From the NCBI RefSeq assembly GCF_001194135.2, contig NC_068991.1, positions 79,378,289 to 79,423,257 on the forward strand: a stretch of 44,969 nt of DNA. The letters are read 5' to 3'. Each line of letters opens with the position of its first letter. Positions within the stretch are counted from its first letter, which is position 1. Origin of the DNA: Octopus bimaculoides. Its lineage: Eukaryota. A model generated the notes under the pieces. The model made no database searches. It saw nothing but the letters and a program-made list of their open reading frames with translations, and was not told where the DNA came from. A program made the translations under genes and the position numbers. Of this stretch, positions 34,923 through 44,969 are shown in pieces.

Positions 34923-35574
34923 TTGTATGTATATGTATGTATGTATATATATATGTGCATGTATGGATGTGCGTATGTATGTATCTAGGTATCTATATAT
35001 GTATGTATATATACTGTAAAGAGGTTTGTTGGATAAGGGAGGAACAATGTGAAGAGATATATAAGTAAACTAGAAAAGTCAAAAAGTAAAAAGAACAAAA
35101 AGATGTTGATAAGGAGGGCTCCATGATCCCGCTGTAGCCCCTGTTCCGTTGAGTGGCTCTTATGAATACCTTGAAATCCTGGGTCGGGCACTACTTTAGC
35201 CTCTCTTTTTTATTGAAGTGTGCATATGTTCTTTAATTCGAACATGCAATGTCTTGATGTTTTTATCAGACAATATTTACCGAAACTACTTTATACGTAT
35301 ATATGTATGTGNNNNNNNNNNNNNNNNNNNNNNNNNNNNNNNNNNNNNNNNNNNNNNNNNNNNNNNNNNNNNNNNNNNNNNNNNNNNNNNNNNNNNNNNN
35401 NNNNNNNNNNNNNNNNNNNNNNNNNNNNNNNNNNNNNNNNNNNNNNNNNNNNNNNNNNNNNNNNNNNNNNNNNNNNNNNNNNNNNNNNNNNNNNNNNNNN
35501 NNNNNNNNNNNNNNNNNNNNNNNNNNNNNNNNNNNNNNNNNNNNNNNNNNNNNNNNNNNNNNNNNNNNNNNNNN

Positions 35575-35623
<49 letters not shown>

Positions 35624-35725
35624 ATGTATATATGTATGTATATATGTTTACATTTTATTTTCATTCATTAATACTCTAGTTTCACACCACAATGATTACT
35701 GAAAAACAGACACTTTCGCTCTCTC

Positions 35726-35783
<58 letters not shown>

Positions 35784-35850
35784 NNNNNNNNNNNNNNNNN
35801 NNNNNNNNNNNNNNNNNNNNNNNNNNNNNNNNNNNNNNNNNNNNNNNNNN

Positions 35851-35910
<60 letters not shown>

Positions 35911-36238
35911 GGTACACGAATGAACACTTAAAATTATAATCCATCATCTCAGACAGACAAAACTGGCAGCTGTTTCTATAAGGTAGTTTTCGTGTAAAGT
36001 GGTTTGAAAGTAATTGTTAAAAACTATAAGGTAATGAACGCAAAACTTTTTTTTTTTTAAATCGATATAATAATACAAAGAAAAACGTAAAATCTTACTA
36101 AAAATATCTAACATACAACATAAAACGATATAACAATTATTGTGAATAAGATTCATTCACAATATAATTTTGATTACTATTCAAATCAGGAACCGTTTTA
36201 CCATATCTGTTGCCAAGACTTACTTGTTGCTCTACTCA

Positions 36239-36473
36239 TCAGTATGAATTGAAGATGTTTGAGTAACGATTCTTGAGTTCTGGCAAAATGCCTTTCACTT
36301 TGTCTGTTTCAAGTCTTTTCTTTAGATATTCTTTATGAGGAGTAGCAACGAGTGAGAAATTTCGAAACAAAGAAGATAATGCCGCAGTAGTAACATTTAC
36401 CCGAAAGTACCCGAAAGATCTTAAAACATTTTCAAATAAGTCTCGTGTGTATTGTTGCACGTTACTTGTTTTG
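36239..36473 (-). CDS. Candidate terminal exon of unknown product (78 codons including the stop)
   Basis: About 75-nt AG-free tract, then AAACCAG|C. Non-repetitive open frame KTSNVQQYTRDLFENVLRSFGYFRV...KNRYSNIFNSY*. No partner exon or motif identified. Confidence 0.3.
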
Positions 36474-37207
36474 CTGGTTTTAGTTAAACGAAGTCGCAAC
36501 ATCAAGGGAAGACAGAAATTTAAACGTATATTCAAGCATAGAGCAGGTAACTGCACATTCTATGATGTCCCTGCCTTATAAAATTATACTGGCATACACC
36601 CATACAAATATAAATAGGCTGAAGGAAAATCCTCGTCTTCTCTTCCTCCAACTATGACATTAATTTATCTTTCTCTCTCACTCTCTCTCTCCCTGTGTAT
36701 ACATACATACACACACACACACACACGCACACACACACACACACATATCGAGCCGGTGGTTTTGAGAATATGAAGCTCATTCACTGGTTCTCTGTCCCAT
36801 TACATTATCATTAGTGAACTCGTAAACTGATTAACTAATTAATGGCTCATTTAATATCTGGAATAATCATTTTGTTTATCAGTACGGTGTTCTTTTATCA
36901 CCATTCAAGATCCGAATGACAAAAACCTCACTGATGCAAACTTGGTGCGTCGTGGGGTTTTCTCTAAACGAGCAGCGAATGGTGACGAATGGACAGCGAG
37001 GAAACATGAAATTAATGGATTGCTAGATTAAACAATCAATCAGTTAGTGTGTTAGTTGATTTGTGAATTAATTAACTAATAGCAATACATGGCAAATAAT
37101 CATTGAGTATTTCTTATTGTGAAAATGACCCTATGAAAACACTGCATGATATGTTCCAACATAAGTTTTCATATAAAGAAGCTGGCAAGAAAACCATATA
37201 TACATTA

Positions 37208-37828
37208 TAGGAAGTTAAAAGTTATGCTCGTTGCCGTTAAAAGTTATTGCCATTGAAGTAAAAATTATGAGCGCTTATGTTGCACCTATAAAGGGCTTAG
37301 CAGCATAGCTGACTCTTCGAACTGAAATGGTTGAAGGTGCATAATCTCTCTGCAAATAGACATAGACAAAGAAAAACGTAAAGGTTAGTCGGTTCTGTAA
37401 ATAAAAAATAATTGTTCATGCTACCCTTTACATCGGCTCCGACCAAGGTAATTTTCGAAGGATCTGCGGCTGCTCGAAACGGAGGTATCTTTTAAAACCC
37501 AGGAATGAAGTATTTTGCTAATGCCCGCATCTAAAACGTCTACCACTTCAGAATTGGTACACCCCATTCGTTTAAATAATCCCGTCACTGATCCTTCAAA
37601 TATCAGCACGACCAAAGCTGATGTAAGGGGGATGACCCCGTCTCGCAGCACAGGGAGTTATTTTTTATTTGCGAAACCAGCTGACAATTAGGTATTTCTT
37701 CCTCCAGTTTCTAGAGAGGTTATGCGCCTTCTGCCATTTGACACTGATTACTCGCATCCAATGCATAGCGCTCTGTAAGTGCTAAACCAATGGTCTCTGT
37801 TTGACCGGCCATAACTTTTAACTTCCTA
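37208..37828. repeat. About 620-bp degenerate fold-back (old MITE or head-to-head repeat pair)
   Basis: Perfect 19-bp outer inverted repeat TAGGAAGTTAAAAGTTATG / CATAACTTTTAACTTCCTA. Inner inverted matches (e.g. GAAATGGTTGAAGGTGCATAATCTCTCTG about 23/29; AAATAAAAAATAA; CATC.GCT...GAAGGATC) converge near 37520. Confidence 0.75.
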
Positions 37829-38163
37829 AAAAATATATTAGTGCTCTAAATCTTTAGAGTGTGCTTCTTTTTCAGCCTAACATCGCATCATTCTCTCCTC
37901 AAAAATATAAATTTTCATCACGTTCTCGTTCCCGATTTTATGAACTAGGACTAAATTTACATGCAGATTAAAATGAGCTACACCCCCCCATCCAGCAGTT
38001 ACATTCTGATTAGTGGTATGCCATAAGCAGTCAACTCTGTGTGACTGTGTATATATAGATGTGTGTATGTATATATATATATATATATGGGAGATTATAC
38101 AAAAAATAACAACAGACGAGGACAGGTGGTGTAAATAACACATATATATGTATNNNNNNNNNN

Positions 38164-38209
<46 letters not shown>

Positions 38210-38994
38210 CAGATAGATAGATAGTTAGGTGGTGGGGTGTGGTATGTGCTTTAATAAAGTAGTGAGTGTAAGATTGACAAACAGAGTCATACATACATAC
38301 ATACATACACATACGCACACATGCGCAGTCACACATACTCACACAAAGCACCGGGAATAAGTTTTATTTTAAAGCAATCTGTAATTTGAGACCGCATCCC
38401 TCTACTAATATAATAAGGAATTATCACTTGTTCGATTTAGTAAGCTATCTATTTATACGATTTGATTACGTACAATGGCATAGAAACCAGTATGTTTCAA
38501 TTAGATATATAATAAACACGGTAAGGTGTTCATATTAATTGTATCTTCCATTGCATGGAATTCTGAACAGAGAATGTTAAAAAAGAAAATATAGCAAAAA
38601 CTTTTCTCTGATGCATTCTACTTTCTGCTACTCTGAATACTTCAATTATGGTGTTCATATCGATTTTTCGCATTGCCTAAATGATGGGTGGCAAAAGGAC
38701 GCACACCGTTCAATGGTATGCGGAATATTATTAGTTCATCTTTATATATTTTAAAAGGCCCTGGAGGTAGGAAAAGCAATTATATTTGTGATTAAATATG
38801 AACTCGAAGTTAAAAACATTCAGCAAGATTTGATATTCTAACGATACATACCTACGTATATATATAAATATATATANNNNNNNNNNNNNNNNNNNNNNNN
38901 NNNNNNNNNNNNNNNNNNNNNNNNNNGTGTATTTGTGTATGTGTGTGTATGCATATATACATATACATCTTTTTATGTAAACATTGTATACACA

Positions 38995-39030
<36 letters not shown>

Positions 39031-39085
39031 CTTAGACATATATTATTGCTGGAAATGCTATAAATACAAGTAAAATATCCCTCTA

Positions 39086-39205
39086 GGTGGTGAGCTGACA
39101 AAATGGTTGGCACGTCGAACAAAATGCATAACGGCATTTCTTCGAGGTGTGTACTTTCTGGTTTGAAATCTCGTTGAACCCTATTTGGCCTTTCATTCCT
39201 TGTCG
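39086..39205 (+). mobile_element. Decayed SINE head (OK-like)
   Basis: GGTGGTGAGCTGACAAAATGGTTGGCACGTCGAACAAAATGC...TTGGCCTTTCATTCC. Confidence 0.6.
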
Positions 39206-39699
39206 CCTCCCTTGAAACTGGCTGGCCTTAAACCTTGCAACAGACATGCGTCTCGTTTAGGGATCTTGTCATGAAAACCTGATAAAAGACAGTATGTGCT
39301 CTAGGGTTTCCAGAAAAGTTCCTTCAAATAAATATCCTAGGAGTAGAAGAAAGTGAACCTTTGACGATTTGATCGTAAATATATAATATTTGAATAATAT
39401 AGAAAGGTCAGGTGGATAATGGCTGGAATTTCTATTCGTTATAGATTTGCTGGCAAAGAAGAGTCAAAGAAATAAAGAGCAACTTCAGCAGACACACACA
39501 TACACACTTACACAAACACACACATACACACATGTACGTATGTTTGTATGTATAGATCCGTATATGCAAAAGGTAAAGAAATATCATCATATATATGAAT
39601 CGCTTTCTCTCCACGTCTCCTCTCCCTCTCTCGCTATGTATATATTTATATATATATATATAAAGAGAGAGAGAGTGAGAGAGCAAAGAAGTGAATCAT

Positions 39700-42600
39700 C
39701 TGTTGCGAGCATGGACGATTGCTAGCGGCGATCCTCCAAACAACATCATCGCTGCTGCACTGAAGAATAATGGTTTCTGTAGAACCATTGAGCAGATAGA
39801 GCGGAAGAAAAACGAATTCATCCGAACTTATGTCATTATTGGACACCCTTGATGTCATCATCGAAAATCACTGCGGCAAGCCTGATTTTCCAGCATATCT
39901 ATGACGGATAGAAATTCTAGCCAAGCAAAAACCAGAAGTCTTTTTGACCCAGTGGTCTCTCAAAAGAACGGATTCCCCACCCCTGTGAACAACCAGGCTG
40001 ATAACAATCAGAAGTCCCTATGTGTCAGTGGTCCTATAAAGCAATGGAGTCCTCACCCCATTGAAAAACCAGAGGAATGCAAGTGCTGCCAACAGGAAAG
40101 AAAGAAAGAACACGAGCACAAACATAAAGAAAGAAGGGGAGAAAAAGGAAACGGAAAATATGAAATAACTAAAACCGAAACCTGAAACCACCAAAGAAAA
40201 ACCAGAAAACTCAAATATGGACGCTCCAATGGAACTTGAACCCTAGAGGAGAGAAGAAATTCGCAGTGAAGTCAAGGACATGGAAATTTTCCCTGCAAGA
40301 CAAATGTTGGCAGGAGGAAGACGGTACAAACTGCCGGTTTGTTACACCGAGACCCCACCAAAACTACAGGAGCCTAAAGAAGAAATACTTCCCCGTGGAA
40401 TGGTACGAGTCGTCTCCAAGGAGAAAACATTCAAATTCAGTGCGCTCTTTAGATGTTATGCGGAAGGTAGCAGCTGAACAAGAGTCTTTTTTGTGCATGG
40501 TGCAGAAGATTGGACAGCAGCTGACCTACCTACATCAAGCGCTAACAAGGAACCTTGCCTACCACTGCTAAGACCACCACAATCAACAGACACGGGATGG
40601 TCTGCTCAGTGTTCACGCCAATATTTTTACTAAATATTGGGGACCTGTTGCATCACAACAACAAAAGCAATTTTTTTTCCTGAGAGACCTTGCTCCATGC
40701 AATCAAGCCCTATGCACAGCACTCGTGGAAACTCGTCTGAGCCTTGATATTGTGGATACAGAAGTACAAGTACCTAAATATACCATACTGCGAACAGACA
40801 GAAGGGAAAGGAGTCATGGTGGAGTTGCTGTATACATCCGTGAAGACCTCATACCTAGGGCTTACTGTCATACACAAATTCAGTATCTGACACTCTAATT
40901 GTATACAGAAGACAAAACAATAGCTATATGCAATGCATATCGCCCACTGGATGCTCCAAACCACATAGCAAAGTTTGAAGATTGCTTCACAAGAATTAAA
41001 GAAATCCTCATCGAACTGGAATATCACGTGAGCGTATTTCTTATGGGTGGTTTCAGCTTCCCCAATGTCAAATGGCCCGAGGGCCTCATGCTCTCAGGAA
41101 TGACTCATTGCAAACAAGCGCAGGTAGGGCTCCTGCTCAATCTCACCAATGCCCTATTTATGGAGCAAATTGTGCTCAGACTAATTAGGGCGAATAACAT
41201 TTTGGATATCTGCTGCACAAACAATATGGACGTCTCTCCACATCAGACATTGGCCATGAAACTAGACTATTTCATGTCTGTTATGCGAACCATATGTTAG
41301 AAATACGTCCTAGAGCACAAGGCTAACACAAAAAAAAGAACAAGATGCCAAGGGAGAAGAAGGACCCCATGAGACGACGGACGAAGGTTGCAAATCACTT
41401 CAACCAACATTCCAAAAGTAGTGATAGGTCCCGCCTAAAAACAACATTGATAGAGATTGACAAAAGCCTGCAACAATCCTTTGTGAGGGAGAGAGAAGAC
41501 AGAAAAAGCCTGAGTTATAAATCATTAAGTCAAACTCAAAAGCCTTCTTTCATTATGCAGTCCGCTCTTCAGATGTGATGTGCAAGGCAGCAGCTGAGCA
41601 AGAGACTTTTTGTGCATAGCGCAAAGGATTGTGCCTCAGTACACTGCAAAATAGGACCCCAAATAAGACTCCAAAAGGATGGCTCCCTCACAGATAGTCC
41701 AACGAGGATCAGTGAGGTACTGAATGACCAGTTCAAAAGTGTCTTTACCACCCCGTTGGAACACAGACAAGTGAATGAACCAGTGGACTTCTTTGCCGCC
41801 TCACCTATAACCAGCGAGGCAGTTACGATGGATGACATCGACATTAGCGAAGAAAATATACTACGAGCCATAGATGGGGTGCACGCAAACTCAACTGCTG
41901 GTCTTGATGGTTTCCCAGCGCTCCTCCTCAAATCGTGTAAGCGTGCCCTGGTGAAACCACTACAGATTCTCTTACAGAACTTTCTTGCAAATGGTAGGCT
42001 GCTAAGCAAACTCAAGAAGGTAATAATATTCCCAATCCATAAAGGAGGAAGCAGAGCAAATGCCAAAAACTATAGGCCTATCTCTCTGACTCAGCAAAGT
42101 CATGGAACAAATGGTCAGAGGGAAACTAATCGCATTCTTTGAAGAAAACGACTTGCTGACTGATACCCAGCATGGTTTTCGACCAGGTAGGAGCTACCTG
42201 ACCCAGCTCTTACAACATTATGATAGGGTGTTGAGGCAGTTACTCAACAACTCAAATGTTGACATAATATCCCTTGACTTTGCAAAATCTTTTGACAAAG
42301 TGGATTTGGTATGATATGCCACAAGCCGCGTGATCTTGGCATAGCTGGACAACTTCGAGAGTGGTTACATGACTTTCTGAAACATAGAAGTCAGGCAGTA
42401 GTAACCAATGGAACCACTTCTATGAAAACACAAATAGTGAGCGGTGTTCCACAGGGCACTGTCTTGGGACCACTGATTTTTATAGTGGCCCACTCAGATA
42501 TACTTTCCGCTGCGCGGTGAGCCACCCTTGCTAGCTATAGCTATGCAGACGATACGAAAGTCTCTCAGAAAATATAGAACCCCAGCAACGTTGCACATCT

Positions 42601-42865
42601 GCAGTAGGAGTTGTGCTGAATTTACAGATGGACTGAGGGCAATAATATGCGGTTTAATGCTGAAAACCTTCAAGCCCTGCGCTACCAGCGTCCAAAACTG
42701 AATATAAAACTTACAGGGTACACTAGTCCACAGGGAATTACAATCCCAGAGCCTAAATCAGTGAGGGAACTGGGTATCAACATGAGTGATGATACCTCTT
42801 TCCAAGTGCACATTACCAGGATGGCGACAAAGTGCAGACGACTGGCTGGATAGATCCTGAGAACA
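39700..42865 (+). mobile_element. CR1-group LINE, degenerate: ORF1 relic, APE endonuclease and RT; 3' end missing
   Basis: ORF1 C..G.NCRF motif. Endonuclease: LVETRL...PKYTILRTDR...GGVAVYI, CNAYRP, LMGGFSFPNVKW. RT: NYRPISLT, QHGFRPGRS, LDFAKSFDKVD, SGVPQGTVLGP, YADDTK, VRELGI. Many frameshifts. Confidence 0.93.
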
Positions 42866-43580
42866 CAACCATCCATCAGCAAGAAGTGTTTGGACATTCC
42901 ACGTTCCCACACTGTATAATCTGTATTTCCTGCTTACGTGTTTTCTTTTTTGTGTTCCTCCTACTGTTGTGAACAACCGTCAGCTGTGGGCTGCTGAACT
43001 GCTTGACGGTAGAACATTCATTTTGTGGTCATCATATCTTGATCTTTCCCAGATTTCTGACTTAGAGGAAATCCTTCAAGCAGAAAAACCTTTCAGCTAG
43101 AGATGGATGCTCAGTTGCTTGTAACCTCGCTCAAGGATGCAGTTGTGGTGTCATCAATTAAGCGACATTAGGTGGGCTTTCAGCTGCCTACCTGCAAATT
43201 TGTGAATGTCCTCCCAGCTCGTGGGATTTGAAGAGATATTTGTACATTTTGATGACAATGGTACACGTTTGTACGACACTTATAAAAGCTTCTGCTTCCC
43301 AACAACGTGGTATTCAGTGACAAACCAAAGCATGATGACTGAATATTGAGGCTGCATGCTTTATTGTCGCGGATTTTGACCTTTCCGTTGCTGTTGTCAA
43401 ATAGTACGACACACGCGACTAAAATGGCTGTTGACCCAGAAGAGTTCTTCCGACCTTTGACAGGGACTGCCTTATCATGCAGCTGGGTGTCCAAAGATAA
43501 TGCTCTTTACTAAGCGTTTTGCTGAGTTTGCCGGATTATTCACCACGGCCCGACCATGCAACAGATTTCGGTTAGCGTTA
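42866..43580 (-). mobile_element. RTE-type LINE 5' UTR and first codons of the endonuclease, truncated at the CR1 junction
   Basis: Minus strand YSVGTWNVQTLL is the APE N-terminal (I.TWNV.TL) motif, preceded by about 650 bp of non-coding GC-richer leader. Confidence 0.7.
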
Positions 43581-43780
43581 CATGTCACCAGTAGTGCTCT
43601 AGAACGCGATCTGACATACACAGACAGACAGATGCACGCACACATATATACATGTGAATGCGCACAGCTGTATATACATACATACATACATACATACATA
43701 CATACGTACATATATACATGCATACATACATACATATATACATGCATACATACATACATACATATATATCNNNNNNNNNN

Positions 43781-43825
<45 letters not shown>

Positions 43826-44799
43826 TCGAAGTGATAGTAAGTAATTTTACAATCCACGCACGCACACACACATACACACACATACTCACACACACACGCG
43901 CACACTCACACACACACACATGCATGGAGCCATACGTCCGTATGTCAATTAAGTACTATTGTATTTTCGTTGCTGAAATATTAATTTCTTTAATCAATAA
44001 TCAAACTCTGCTCTCAAGTTGCCAAAATGAAATTTAGCGTGACTCTATTGGGTTATTAAACAGTTCTTCTGGCACCAAAGAAACGTCGAGCGTGAGGTTG
44101 TTGCAACTACGTTTCGTTGGTTTATTCATCAACAAACAATGACTGTGTCTGATCTTATATGACTGTGTGCGATCATTTTCCTTTGTTGTTGACGTCTGAA
44201 TATGTGTTAAAATTCGTTTTGAATTTTTCTCTAAATAATGTAAATGTGTTGTCTCTCCTTGACATTAAATCCCCTCTAGCCTTCTTTCTCTTCTCTGTCT
44301 TTCTGACAATCTGCCTGTGCGTGTCACTCTTTCTCTCTCTCTTCCCTCTCTCAGACACATACATAGACATATACGTGTAAATACATACGCACACACACAC
44401 ACACACATACATACATCTATATAACAGCCCACTAACTATATATATATATATATGTAAATATATGTATACGTATATGTATATGCATGTAGATAATCGGATA
44501 TGAATGTAAGCAGATAGACATACAGACGGATAGGTACATGGGTAATATGAACAGACAAGCACACATACACACATACTTATGCAAATGAAAACTGAAACAC
44601 ATAACCATATACACTCACACTTCACTTCACATAAGGACACATGGAGACACACATCCATAAATACAGATAGAGTACATACCCATACACAGACACACTCAGA
44701 CATGCACACACACACATACACACACACACATGCAAACGCACACACTCGGATAACGGATAGAGTCATCGACTATTGTAAAGGTTGCAAGACGCAACGAAA

Positions 44800-44955
44800 A
44801 TTTTAGGAAAAATAGATAAATGAGTGGAAACTTTACCGGTGAGTGTGTTAAATGATAAGGCACTGAAAGAGAATGACTCTCCCCAGACACAACAAAATAT
44901 GCTTCAACACACAAAATCACATAAAGAATCTTACATACTAAATCCCAAACCGAAG
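44800..44955 (-). repeat. Dispersed repeat (partner of 14808-14950)
   Basis: Reverse-complement identity by eye over about 150 bp. Confidence 0.85.
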
Positions 44956-44969
44956 TATATATATATATA

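Noticed and set aside
589-44920. Dozens of ORFs rich in YI/CV/HT/SL/RE dipeptides or X runs
   Set aside because: They are translations of (TA)n, (TG)n, (CT)n and (TATG)n microsatellites or of N gaps, which lack stop codons.

Overview
AT-rich, microsatellite-dense animal DNA from a gapped draft assembly. The tRNA/CORE-type SINEs look like the octopus OR/OK families, so an octopod cephalopod is likely (inference from recall, not from a search). No CRISPR array, rRNA or bona fide tRNA gene was found. Most of the window is decayed mobile DNA: about 10 SINE copies or half-copies, three mariner relics, one Tc1 relic, a 3'-truncated CR1-like LINE and several RTE-like LINE fragments. Most ORFs in the supplied track are microsatellite or N-gap artefacts. 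Two things are not visible in the ORF track. (1) Four type I hammerhead ribozyme motifs: two intact, outward-facing copies form the 145-bp arms of a near-perfect 354-bp palindrome (5466-5819), a decayed relative lies at about 27.0 kb, and a second family with a long GNRA-capped stem II lies at 34622-34696. The arrangement matches Penelope-like element pseudo-LTR relics. (2) A phase-consistent five-exon minus-strand gene model (23972 to 19658) encodes an unrecognised 188-aa protein with a signal-peptide-like start and a Thr-rich segment. Other items include a C2H2-finger segment behind a good splice acceptor, several fold-back elements and a 59-bp direct duplication.
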